A DNA stretch of 60,696 nt from an uncultured Candidatus Saccharibacteria bacterium. GTDB lineage: Bacteria > Patescibacteriota > Minisyncoccia > Phycocordibacterales > UBA2100. Location: positions 23,202-83,897 of the forward strand of contig CAZGUV010000002.1 in the NCBI GenBank assembly GCA_964528735.1, given 5' to 3'. The notes beneath the pieces were generated by a model. The model saw only the letters and a program-made list of their open reading frames with translations. It had not been told where the DNA came from and did not search any database. Of this stretch, positions 1-8,639 are shown piece after piece (the first letter of the stretch is position 1; each line of letters opens with the position of its first letter). A program made the translations under genes and the position numbers.

Positions 1-145
1 GGACATAAGTATCGCGCCCGGATCCACCGCGCAGCGTATCGGTCGTGCCATCGCCGCTGCCGCCGTCCAGCGTGTCGTCGCCCGCGTCACCGTCAAGGCG
101 GTTCGCCACCTGGCTGCCAATCAGCGTATCGTCGGCCGAGGGGAG
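1..145 (-). other. High-GC fragment encoding RTX/hemolysin-type Ca-binding nonapeptide repeats (partial, runs off the window)
   Basis: Minus-strand frame 136->2 translates to ADDTLIGSQVANRLDGDAGDDTLDGGSGDGTTDTLRGGSGRDTYV, which contains repeated GGxGxD motifs. GC is about 68% here and drops abruptly to about 45% near 140-150. Confidence 0.6.
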
Positions 146-998
146 TCTTAAGGAATATGCTCGCATGTTTTCCAGCGACGTGCAGGTCGTTCAGTCGCTC
201 ACCTGCAACCTCGATGTTTTTAGAAAGTTCCGAAAAAACGAACGAACGTTCTTTCGAATAAGTCCCGAATGAGCGTGTTGATTCTACGGACTTTTGGTAC
301 TCACGACTCGAGCGAGTTTCAAAACGCTTCATTCCTCGGAGCTCATCTTGCAGCTCGAGCACCCCTTTTACATCGAGGCCGTCGAGTTCGTCACGTGTAG
401 CATCACGAAATGCTCGCGCCGTGTAGATGTTGAGCTTCATGAGTTTCGGAGCGAGTGCCCTCCCTATCCCCCAGACATCATGGACCGATATACTTTCAAG
501 AAATGCAGTCTCTTTGTCTTCTGGTACATACGTGAGCCCATACGGCTTTTTATGCTTTGAACCGAGCTTTGCAAGTGCTTTTGTGCGTGCGATGCCGCAC
601 GAATATGTCACGCCGAGAGAGTCACGGAGTTCTTTTTGTATCTTTGATACATAGGCGACAACTTCAGATTCGGGGATATGAAAAAGGTCCACAAAGCACT
701 CGTCGATACTGTAACGCTCGACTACGGGGCTGTATTTTTTGAGTATCGAGTAACAGCTCTGTGAGATGTGTTCATAGAGGTCAAAGTGTGAAGGTACTAC
801 GGCGACTGAGTTGCCGTGTATTTCTCGTATTTGAAATACGGGCATACCTCGGACGATTCCTACTTTCTTTGCTTCTTGGTTCATCGCAGTTGCGATACCA
901 CGGTCCTCACCGACCACGACAGGCTTACCACGTAAATCTCGCCTGCGAAGTAATTCGCAGGCAGCGAAGAATCCATCACCATCAAGATGTAAAATCAT
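93..998 (-). CDS. dinB: Y-family DNA polymerase IV (DinB-like). The C-terminus is truncated or replaced at the high-GC junction.
   Basis: N-terminal MILHLDGDGFFAACE and SIDECFVDL catalytic motifs are present, and HDVWGIG matches the thumb region. The little-finger region stops early and the ORF ends in out-of-context residues RRYADWQPGGEPP read from the high-GC DNA. Confidence 0.8.
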   Translation of the reverse strand: MILHLDGDGFFAACELLRRRDLRGKPVVVGEDRGIATAMNQEAKKVGIVRGMPVFQIREIHGNSVAVVPSHFDLYEHISQSCYSILKKYSPVVERYSIDECFVDLFHIPESEVVAYVSKIQKELRDSLGVTYSCGIARTKALAKLGSKHKKPYGLTYVPEDKETAFLESISVHDVWGIGRALAPKLMKLNIYTARAFRDATRDELDGLDVKGVLELQDELRGMKRFETRSSREYQKSVESTRSFGTYSKERSFVFSELSKNIEVAGERLNDLHVAGKHASIFLKTPLGRRYADWQPGGEPP

Positions 999-1000
999 AC

Positions 1001-1645
1001 TTAGTATTTACGAATAACACCTCGCACAATCGCTGCGATAGTAAGCTTTTCTTTTGGTCGGAGGTCTGGGTATTCGTCGTTTGCTGCTTCGAGGTAGTAG
1101 CCTTTACTGTTTCGTCGAAGATATTTAAGAGTCCAGTCACCATCAATCTCAGCGACAACAATAGAGCCGACGGGCGCAGTCGTCGCGCGCTCTGCGATAA
1201 CCATGTCGCCTTCGTTTATCCCTGCATCTTTCATCGAGTGACCTTTTACTTTGAGCATAAATGACGCTTCGCGTTTCGGTATGAGCCATTCGTCGAGTGA
1301 GACGGTGTCGAGTAATGATTCTTCTGCAGGTGTCGGGAAACCAGCCTCAATCAATCCGAGCATCTTCAGCTCGCCTATCGGGGATGGTCGTGAGGTCTTT
1401 TGAGAAACAGTGTGTACCGGAAGTGATTTCTGAGAATCTGATTTTGGTATGAGTTTGCCTACACGGTCACGCTCCAGAAACCCTAGAACAATGAGCTCAC
1501 GAATATAACGGTACGCAGTATCTTTAGACTTCACACCAAGAACTTTCACAGCTTCTTGGTATGAAGGCATGCGTCGATGCACTCGATAAAATGCATCGAG
1601 CTTTCTAAACTGATCAGCACTTTCCTTGTTCGCCTTGCGGGGCAT
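1001..1645 (-). CDS. lexA: LexA repressor (S24 peptidase)
   Basis: N-terminal winged-helix region. C-terminal GHSMKDAGINEGDMV carries the Ser nucleophile and TLKYL the Lys. The gene ends 2 nt upstream of dinB. Confidence 0.85.
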   Translation of the reverse strand: MPRKANKESADQFRKLDAFYRVHRRMPSYQEAVKVLGVKSKDTAYRYIRELIVLGFLERDRVGKLIPKSDSQKSLPVHTVSQKTSRPSPIGELKMLGLIEAGFPTPAEESLLDTVSLDEWLIPKREASFMLKVKGHSMKDAGINEGDMVIAERATTAPVGSIVVAEIDGDWTLKYLRRNSKGYYLEAANDEYPDLRPKEKLTIAAIVRGVIRKY

Positions 1646-1659
1646 ATCTCTAGCGTATC

Positions 1660-1671
1660 GAACGAACGTTC
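1660..1671. promoter_or_regulatory. Cheo-type SOS box (GAAC-N4-GTTC) 15 nt upstream of the lexA start
   Basis: CGAACGAACGTTCT fits the Gram-positive LexA operator consensus CGAACRNRYGTTYC. Its position suggests autoregulation of lexA-dinB. Confidence 0.6.
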
Positions 1672-1682
1672 TTTATGCAATC

Positions 1683-1710
1683 AAAAAAAGACCCATCTGT
1701 GGATAGGTCT
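1683..1710 (-). terminator. Rho-independent terminator after the helicase/small-ORF unit
   Basis: The minus strand reads AGACCTATC-CACA-GATGGGTCT (9-bp stem) followed by TTTTTTT. Confidence 0.7.
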
Positions 1711-1717
1711 TTGAGGG

Positions 1718-2020
1718 CTACCAGGTGCTTGAAATAAGCCGTCCTTTTTGGTGTGCGCTTGCGAGGTCACGCTTGATGTCAGCAAGACCTACCTTTCTAC
1801 CTTCGTCACGCAAGATGGTTTGTATCTCGCTTGCGATACCATCCATGACCGCAGCATCCCCATGAGTTGTATCTATCTGAGTCTGAGCATACCGCTTCAA
1901 TGCATCACGCATTTTCGCGTTGTTTTCACCGGAAATAAAATTAGTAAGACGTATGAAGTCATCTATACCTTGTGAAGGTGTGTCAGACTGCTCGCCAGCA
2001 CCACGTTTTCCAAAAGTCAT
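1718..2020 (-). CDS. Hypothetical protein (~100 aa)
   Basis: The track ORF 1718..2086 overlaps the helicase 3' end. The internal Met (MTFGKRGAGE...) at 2020 removes the overlap. No recognisable motifs. Confidence 0.4.
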   Translation of the reverse strand: MTFGKRGAGEQSDTPSQGIDDFIRLTNFISGENNAKMRDALKRYAQTQIDTTHGDAAVMDGIASEIQTILRDEGRKVGLADIKRDLASAHQKGRLISSTW

Positions 2021-2024
2021 ACAA

Positions 2025-3737
2025 CTATTGTGCTTCTTTTTTGAGGAAACGCAACAGACGGACCAAGCGCACTTCGTCAAAGTCACTTTTTACTTTTTCA
2101 CGTTCAAGATGCCGAAGGACCGGTGTCAGTTTGATACGAATACCCTCCCCCTCCCCTTTCTTCTCGGCGACATCAAGCGCGTGCAAGACTTTTTTGAGAT
2201 GTGCGGGTTTTATGTATGGTGTGAAAAGTTTGTGAGGGAGATGTTCACCAGCGACAGCTGCCTTTTCTAGGTGAGTAAAGACGGTGCCAACGGTAACATC
2301 CAAATGTTTTGCGATCGTCTCAAGAGATGTGCCGGTGAGGAATTCTGCAACGGTATGAGCCCACACTGGTTGCTTGGTCGTAACACGCTTCTTTTTTTGT
2401 GCTGCATCGCCGTGGATTGTGCCACCGGATTTTTTAATAAATGCATGGTGTCGTTCGGTGATTTCTTTTGTCGAAAGTGATGAGATTCGAGCCTCTGCAT
2501 TTCGAGACATTTGGAGTAGCTTGTGGTCAAAGGTGATAATGCGTGGATGCATCCTGAGTGCGTCTCGAGAAAATCCAATAAGCGTGAGTCCGCTCAGAGA
2601 TCGGACTCGTGAAAGCGCAACGTACCCCATTCCAGGGGCAAACGTTCGTGAGATATCTACGACGGCAGAATCGAGACTCATGCCTTGGCTCTTATGCACT
2701 GTAATCGCCCATGCGAGGCGAAGTGGGAGCTGGGCAATACTTGCAATGGTTTTGCCCGAATCATTCTCCAGAGACCATTCTACGGCCTCTACGAGGAGTT
2801 TTGAGCCTGATTTAGTCTCAACATACGGGAAACCCTGTGCAGAGAAGCCAGTTACTACGCCTTGCGTGCCGTTCATGTACCCCTTGTCTGGGTTGTTTTT
2901 CACAAAGAGTACCTGAGCGCCTTCTTTGAGGGTCAGCACTTCTGGAGCAAGACATCCACGCTTGAGTATCTCGATGTGGCGCTCTTTCCCTTTGGTAAAC
3001 ATTTTGTATGACTCGCTTTGTCCTGAAAGCGCATTCAAACGTTTCTCGTTCTCTGCATCAACATTGACGTTGTGGGTGTAGATGCGCGTTGTAGTCTCAT
3101 CAAGCTCGATAGTCTCATCATCTTGGTGACGTTCTTGAAGATACGTGAGATGGTCGTCGGTCAATGTGAGAGAGCGCATCGCATTGAGTATTTCAATAAA
3201 ATTGCGGTCGTGTTGCCGGTACTGCTCGTGGAGGTAACACACGGCAGGTTTGAGTTCGCTCCATGCACGCGCGTCGATGGCAAGAGATTCTCCACCTTGC
3301 GAGACTGGAGGTAATTGAAACAAATCTCCACACAGCACAATCTGCATACCACCAAATGGAGCTTCGTTTCGTCGCATTTGCTTTGCAACTGCATTTAGTG
3401 TGTCGAGAAACGTGCCTGAGAGCATCGATATCTCGTCGATGATGAGCACTGAAGTACGTTGGTATCTGTCATAGATGTGCTTACGTGACTCGAGTGCATC
3501 AAGTTCGTACATATTGAGGGTGTCTCGCGCTCCTATCCCTGACCAGGCGTGAATGGTCGTCCCTCCGATATGTGTCGCAGCAATACCCGTGGATGCGGTC
3601 ACCGCATGAGGTATTCCATGTGCCTGCAGGTATGAGATATACGCCCTGAGGGTATGACTTTTGCCTGTACCAGCACCGCCCGTGAGAAAGACACTCGTTC
3701 CTATTTTTAGAATATTGAGAGCGTCCTTTTGTAACAT
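2025..3737 (-). CDS. PIF1/RecD-like superfamily 1 DNA helicase with a C-terminal helix-turn-helix extension
   Basis: Walker A GGAGTGKSH and Walker B LIIDEISM, with TVHKSQG near the C-terminus of the core. About 140 aa of extra basic HTH-like tail follow. Confidence 0.8.
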   Translation of the reverse strand: MLQKDALNILKIGTSVFLTGGAGTGKSHTLRAYISYLQAHGIPHAVTASTGIAATHIGGTTIHAWSGIGARDTLNMYELDALESRKHIYDRYQRTSVLIIDEISMLSGTFLDTLNAVAKQMRRNEAPFGGMQIVLCGDLFQLPPVSQGGESLAIDARAWSELKPAVCYLHEQYRQHDRNFIEILNAMRSLTLTDDHLTYLQERHQDDETIELDETTTRIYTHNVNVDAENEKRLNALSGQSESYKMFTKGKERHIEILKRGCLAPEVLTLKEGAQVLFVKNNPDKGYMNGTQGVVTGFSAQGFPYVETKSGSKLLVEAVEWSLENDSGKTIASIAQLPLRLAWAITVHKSQGMSLDSAVVDISRTFAPGMGYVALSRVRSLSGLTLIGFSRDALRMHPRIITFDHKLLQMSRNAEARISSLSTKEITERHHAFIKKSGGTIHGDAAQKKKRVTTKQPVWAHTVAEFLTGTSLETIAKHLDVTVGTVFTHLEKAAVAGEHLPHKLFTPYIKPAHLKKVLHALDVAEKKGEGEGIRIKLTPVLRHLEREKVKSDFDEVRLVRLLRFLKKEAQ

Positions 3738-3772
3738 CGAACGAGCATACCACGGAGGTACGCCTCTTTCAT

Positions 3773-4540
3773 TTAGAGGAGGTGCCGGGCCTTCATGAGT
3801 GGGTGTAATATCTCCTCGTTGAAGCGCTTAAATATGTACCGGTATCCTACATCGCTGGGGTGGTAGCCATCCGCAGAAAAATAAATATCTGGGTGACGCT
3901 TGAAGGGGTCTTCGTGTGTATCTTTCATGATGTGCAAAAAGGATATGTGTTCACCGGTGAATTGGTGTTTCAAGACTCTCTGGGCACGGTTGTTTACCCA
4001 CGAAATAATACGTCGAACTTTTTTTGTAATAATCGGGACCATGTCTGGATCGCCGATAGCCCAACACACCTCGTCTGAACGCGTGCGTAGCATCTCAGCG
4101 ATACCCTTGAGCTTTTTTGTAAAGTGAAAGACGTGCAGATGAACAATATCGTTTGCACCGACGAATAGCAGTGTTGTATCAAAATGCTCTTCTTTGGGTA
4201 TGTGAGCGAGAAGTTGCGGGATGTCAGTGGTGCGAGCACCGAACTTCCCTATCGCACGTACGTACACTTTGTCTTTGTAGGTATCGACAATGCGTCTATG
4301 TATTTTTGCTTCATGAGTTTTTGCGCCACATGAGAGAGCCATCGAGTCACCTATGATAAGTATCTTGACTGGTGCAAAAGGATTACCTAGCACTGCTTGA
4401 ACTACGCTATCTGAAAATGCAGTGTCTTCAGGGTCAGTACTCAAAATATGTTTGTACAGGTGGTACATGAACGCTTCGGTATAGAAACGGTTGTATTCAA
4501 CAGAAAGTCCAAACAGAGATAGTGCGAGCAATTGCCACAT
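3773..4540 (-). CDS. SGNH/GDSL-family hydrolase with an N-terminal hydrophobic segment
   Basis: Block I IIGDSMA, block III FVGANDIV, block V DGYHPSD. Confidence 0.6.
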   Translation of the reverse strand: MWQLLALSLFGLSVEYNRFYTEAFMYHLYKHILSTDPEDTAFSDSVVQAVLGNPFAPVKILIIGDSMALSCGAKTHEAKIHRRIVDTYKDKVYVRAIGKFGARTTDIPQLLAHIPKEEHFDTTLLFVGANDIVHLHVFHFTKKLKGIAEMLRTRSDEVCWAIGDPDMVPIITKKVRRIISWVNNRAQRVLKHQFTGEHISFLHIMKDTHEDPFKRHPDIYFSADGYHPSDVGYRYIFKRFNEEILHPLMKARHLL

Positions 4541-4592
4541 AGGCTCTATGATAGCCTCTAATTGTCATCTCTGATGAGAGAGTGTGGAAAAT

Positions 4593-5972
4593 CTAGAGAT
4601 ACTCGAGTGGATTCAAGTAACCATTCCATGCAGATACAGGCACTGCGACATTGCGACACGGACTCGATGGGTTCACTTCTCCCATCTTTACTACCTTTAC
4701 GGCCTCAGCAGCGTATACAGTGAAATGCAGGTGTGGACCGGTCGAATAGCCAGTGTTACCTGAATAGCCGACAACATCGCTCGTGGTAACAGACTGACCA
4801 GGAGACACATTTATGACTGACAAGTGGCCATAGAGTGTCGCGAGTCCATTCGGGTGCCTCAAGAGTACGTATTTTCCGTATGAATAACATCCACGCGCGA
4901 CGTCTGTGTTTCCAGTTGCAAGTACGGTACCTGTGAGTGCTGCTTTAACAGGGGTACCGACAGATGCCTGAAAATCAACACCGTTATGGCCTTTACCACC
5001 GTATGCACCACTCTGTGAGAATGATGTCGTACCAAATTTTTGTGTGATGCGCACTTTATCGAGTGGCCAACTCAATATGCCTTTGCCTGCTGCTGGGATT
5101 TTTGTGCGGTCCAAGACGTAACGCAACTGTGACTCATAGCTACTCATTTCTGCTTCGAATTGTGCTTTTGCTCGCTTTTTGTCAGCAAGTATTTTTTGGT
5201 ACTCTGACTCTTGGTTTTTTGTCTCTGCAAGGACGCTCGACTTTGCTGCACGTGTGATGTCGAGCGACTGTTTTTGGACTTGGTAATTTTTTTGTTGCTT
5301 TGCGAGAGTGACTTTTTGGTTTTCGTTCGCAGCTTTTAATGTCTCGATTGCCTTACGCTCTTTACGAAGGAGTTCAACACGGGCTTGCACGGTTTGCTGG
5401 ACGTCACGCAGGTTTTCGATGTTGTTGATGGTTGTCGAGAGTGTCCCGTTACGTAAAAAGTTTTCCATAAATGAAGTACCTTCGGTTGAGTCTACTGAGC
5501 GAATGGTCTCTGCAGTCGCTGCAATCATGCGCTTCAATGCTTCAGAGCGAGTACCTACTTCTTTTGTAAGTGACTGTATGCGCTCTTCTGCATCTAGCAT
5601 GCGTTCTTTAGTGAGTGAGATGTTTGCGGTCGTACGCTTTCGGTTGAGGTCGAGTTCGTAAATCGTATTTGTAAGAGTGCGCTTTTGTGCACTCACGGTG
5701 TTGAGTTCTTTTTGATATTTTGAAATCTCTGTTTCCAGCTTATCGATTTCTTTCGCACGCGAATTTATCTGCAAACGCAATAACTCTGCACTTGCACGTT
5801 CACGAGCTGCCTCCTCTTCTTGAATCCGCTTTGCCTCCGCCGCAGCACGCGCCTCAGCCTCACGTGTCGAGGCGTCTTCAGGACTTTCTTCTTGTGCAAA
5901 TGCTGAAAATGGCGAAATGTATGCAATCGCAAGTACCCCAGCCATCAGGACAGCTATCATTCGTTTCTGCAT
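4593..5972 (-). CDS. M23 peptidoglycan metalloendopeptidase with a signal peptide and a long coiled-coil N-terminal region (EnvC-like architecture)
   Basis: Signal-like MQKRMIAVLMAGVLAIAYISPFSAFA is followed by about 280 aa rich in E/K/Q heptads. The C-terminal part has HNGVDF and GPHLHF metal ligands. Confidence 0.8.
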   Translation of the reverse strand: MQKRMIAVLMAGVLAIAYISPFSAFAQEESPEDASTREAEARAAAEAKRIQEEEAARERASAELLRLQINSRAKEIDKLETEISKYQKELNTVSAQKRTLTNTIYELDLNRKRTTANISLTKERMLDAEERIQSLTKEVGTRSEALKRMIAATAETIRSVDSTEGTSFMENFLRNGTLSTTINNIENLRDVQQTVQARVELLRKERKAIETLKAANENQKVTLAKQQKNYQVQKQSLDITRAAKSSVLAETKNQESEYQKILADKKRAKAQFEAEMSSYESQLRYVLDRTKIPAAGKGILSWPLDKVRITQKFGTTSFSQSGAYGGKGHNGVDFQASVGTPVKAALTGTVLATGNTDVARGCYSYGKYVLLRHPNGLATLYGHLSVINVSPGQSVTTSDVVGYSGNTGYSTGPHLHFTVYAAEAVKVVKMGEVNPSSPCRNVAVPVSAWNGYLNPLEYL

Positions 5973-5997
5973 CTATTTAGTATACAGGAGAGAGGCC

Positions 5998-7458
5998 TTA
6001 CTGTTGAGCGTTTTCAACACGCTGGAGCGTCTCTTGCTTTCCAAGAATGGAGGCCACTGTAAATGGATCAGGTGACTTTTCTCTTCCGGTTAGTGCTACG
6101 CGCAGCGGCCAGAGGACCATGCCTCGCCCTTTCTCCTCTGCGTAGCCCCACACAGCGTTTTTTACTGTCTCAGGAGTCCATGTGTCCTCGGTCTGAGATA
6201 AGAGGTTGTATATCTGCTTGAGATGCGTGCGTGTTTCTTCGAGTGTGCTCTTTTTTGGTATCAGTATTTCACCGATGTGTTGTGGTGAGTGTAAGAAGTA
6301 GTCGTACTCTCCTGATGCACACTGCTCCTTTATGTCGCCAAACGTGTGCGCACGGTCGCGTGCGAGTGGTATGAGTTGTGCGAGGAGGTCGGGTTTTGCT
6401 TGAAAGCGCTCGTCAAAAAACGCTTTTGCGTTTTCAGCAAACAACTCATGAGGAAGCTTGAGGAGGTACTCGCGATTAAACCATTTGAGCTTCTCCTCGT
6501 TCAAAATTGCTCCGTGTGTTTGAATCCCTTCGACACTAAAAGTACGTACTAATTCATCCCGCGTAAAGAGCTCTTGTTCGGTGCCCGGATTCCACCCGAT
6601 GAATGCAAGAAAGTTTATCATCGCTTCAGGAAGGTACCCTTCCGTTCGATACTCGAGCACATCTTTTGCTCCATCACGTTTGCCCAATTTTTTTGTCTTA
6701 TCTTCGCGCAAAATCGGTGGAAGTGTAACCAGTGCAGGGACGGCAATGCCGAGCGCTTGATACAAACTTAAAAACTTCGGGGTGCTCGAGATAAATTCAT
6801 CTGCGCGCATGATATGCGTAACAGACATGTTGTAATCATCCACTATGTGTGCAAAGTTGTATGTCGGGTAGCCATCAGCTTTGATCAAAATAAAGTCATC
6901 GAGTGCCTCCTCGCCTGCCTCGAGATTACCGCGCACCTCGTCATGCCATTTCATGCGTTTTACCTCTGGTACACGAAAACGAAGAGGTCGTTTTCCATCC
7001 CAGGTACCTGGATTGACGGGACGATGCTCTCTGAAGAGAAATGGTCGTCGTTCGCTTTGTGCTTTTTTTCGAAACGCGTCGACTTCCTCAGCACTGTATG
7101 GGTCAGGATATGCATGCCCCTTTTTGATGAGTAGCTCTGCCATGTCTCGATAGGTTTGGAGACGTTCTGATTGTATTGCCGAACCAAATGGGTTTTCCTT
7201 GTCAGGACCATAGTCCCAATCGAGTCCAAGCCATTTCAAAGTTTCTTGGATGTGTGCAATTGAGCCCGGCACTTCTCGCTCCTTATCAGTGTCTTCGATG
7301 CGTAGTATGAACGTGCCACCTTCCTTTCGTGCCAAAAGCCATGCAAAGAGCGCAGTTCGAAGACCTCCAATGTGCATGAAGCCAGTAGGACTTGGTGCGA
7401 ATCGTGTGACAATTTTACTCATGAAGGCGAGTCTAGCGTGATAAGGCTCTCTGGGCAA
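5998..7458 (-). CDS. gltX: Glutamyl-tRNA synthetase
   Basis: RFAPSPTGFMHIGGLRTALF (HIGH) and KLGKRDG (KMSKS-like). The true start is probably the internal Met at 7422 (MSKIVTRFAPSPTG). Confidence 0.9.
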   Translation of the reverse strand: MPREPYHARLAFMSKIVTRFAPSPTGFMHIGGLRTALFAWLLARKEGGTFILRIEDTDKEREVPGSIAHIQETLKWLGLDWDYGPDKENPFGSAIQSERLQTYRDMAELLIKKGHAYPDPYSAEEVDAFRKKAQSERRPFLFREHRPVNPGTWDGKRPLRFRVPEVKRMKWHDEVRGNLEAGEEALDDFILIKADGYPTYNFAHIVDDYNMSVTHIMRADEFISSTPKFLSLYQALGIAVPALVTLPPILREDKTKKLGKRDGAKDVLEYRTEGYLPEAMINFLAFIGWNPGTEQELFTRDELVRTFSVEGIQTHGAILNEEKLKWFNREYLLKLPHELFAENAKAFFDERFQAKPDLLAQLIPLARDRAHTFGDIKEQCASGEYDYFLHSPQHIGEILIPKKSTLEETRTHLKQIYNLLSQTEDTWTPETVKNAVWGYAEEKGRGMVLWPLRVALTGREKSPDPFTVASILGKQETLQRVENAQQ

Positions 7459-7462
7459 CCGT

Positions 7463-8599
7463 CTATTCCTCGTGCTCGAGGACTGTACCGAGTATCACTT
7501 GGGCCATCTTCTTTGCAGCATCAGGGCGTGCAAAAGCACGTGCACTTCGCGCCATGGTATCTCGGATTTCCTTTGTTTCCATGATGCGGTCAATCTCTGA
7601 GGCAAGTATGTGTGAGGTAAGGTTTTTTTGTTCGATGACTGTGCAAGCTCCAGCGCGCATGTACGCAAAAGCGTTTTTCGTCTGGTCATGAGAAATCTCT
7701 TCAGGTATTGGTACGATGATGCTTGGCAAGCCCCACTGCGCGATTTCAAAAATTCCACCAGTTCCGGCTCGTGAGACTACCAGAGATGCAGCACCTGCTG
7801 ACATCTTCATTGCAAGCGCGTTAAGAAATCCGTACGTCTTATATCTCTGCGAGTACTCACTGTTATTGAGCATGACATGTGCGATACCGCGCACTTCTTC
7901 AAGGTGTGCGACACCTGTCTGGTGCACAACTTGGTACTTTGGCAAAAGAATAGACAGCGCATCGAGTACTGTGTTGTTGATTGTTTGTGCACCTGAAGAT
8001 CCGCCAAGAATAAGGATGGTAGGAATCTCTGGTGAAAGCTCGAGGAATGTGTGCATTCCCTCTTTTGCTGGGAACATAACATCTTTGCGGATAGGATTTC
8101 CGACAAGCGCAATTTTCTCACGAGGTGCTTGCATCTGGTCTTCAGTGCCTGGGTATGAAATGCCAATATATTTCGCAAACTTTGATGCGTACTTATTGGT
8201 GCGCCCGACTGAGGCATCTGACTCATGAATGATGACTGGTATGGTAAGTATGCGTGCGGCTACTACTGTCGGGAATGCTGCATAGCCACCTTTGCAAAAT
8301 ACAACATCTGGGTAGAGCGAGTAGAGTTGGAAAATTGATTTGATGATTCCTACAAATGTCTTCAACATATCAAACACATTCAAAAGCGATGGATAGCGTC
8401 GAAGCTTGCCCGCTGGCGATTGAATAAAAGTTATGTTGTGCTCGGTGAGCGCTTGTGAGTCATAGGCATCAGGACCTATGTAGTAGAGTTGTGGCTCTAT
8501 GATATGTCGCTCCTCGCAGATGCGGTATATCTCTTCGGCTACCGCAATAAGTGGATAGAAATGTCCTCCGGTTCCTCCTCCTGTTAGTACTATTTTCAT
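7463..8599 (-). CDS. murG: UDP-GlcNAc:lipid I N-acetylglucosaminyltransferase
   Basis: MKIVLTGGGTGGHFYPLIAV N-terminus. Length 378 aa and cell-wall gene context. Confidence 0.9.
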   Translation of the reverse strand: MKIVLTGGGTGGHFYPLIAVAEEIYRICEERHIIEPQLYYIGPDAYDSQALTEHNITFIQSPAGKLRRYPSLLNVFDMLKTFVGIIKSIFQLYSLYPDVVFCKGGYAAFPTVVAARILTIPVIIHESDASVGRTNKYASKFAKYIGISYPGTEDQMQAPREKIALVGNPIRKDVMFPAKEGMHTFLELSPEIPTILILGGSSGAQTINNTVLDALSILLPKYQVVHQTGVAHLEEVRGIAHVMLNNSEYSQRYKTYGFLNALAMKMSAGAASLVVSRAGTGGIFEIAQWGLPSIIVPIPEEISHDQTKNAFAYMRAGACTVIEQKNLTSHILASEIDRIMETKEIRDTMARSARAFARPDAAKKMAQVILGTVLEHEE

Positions 8600-8639
8600 G
8601 GATGCCTTATTGTACGGCGTTTTTCCTATTTCTCAAAAC

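Noticed and set aside
761-1264. 167-aa plus-strand ORF. Similar long antisense ORFs occur at 2374-2916, 7716-8228, 10296-10772, 18234-18785, 33719-34147 and 49963-50574.
   Set aside because: Each lies antisense to a minus-strand gene with unmistakable conserved motifs (dinB/lexA, helicase, murG, mraY, histidine kinase, mltG, truB). Their translations are low-complexity and Ser/Arg/Cys-rich, as expected for shadow ORFs.
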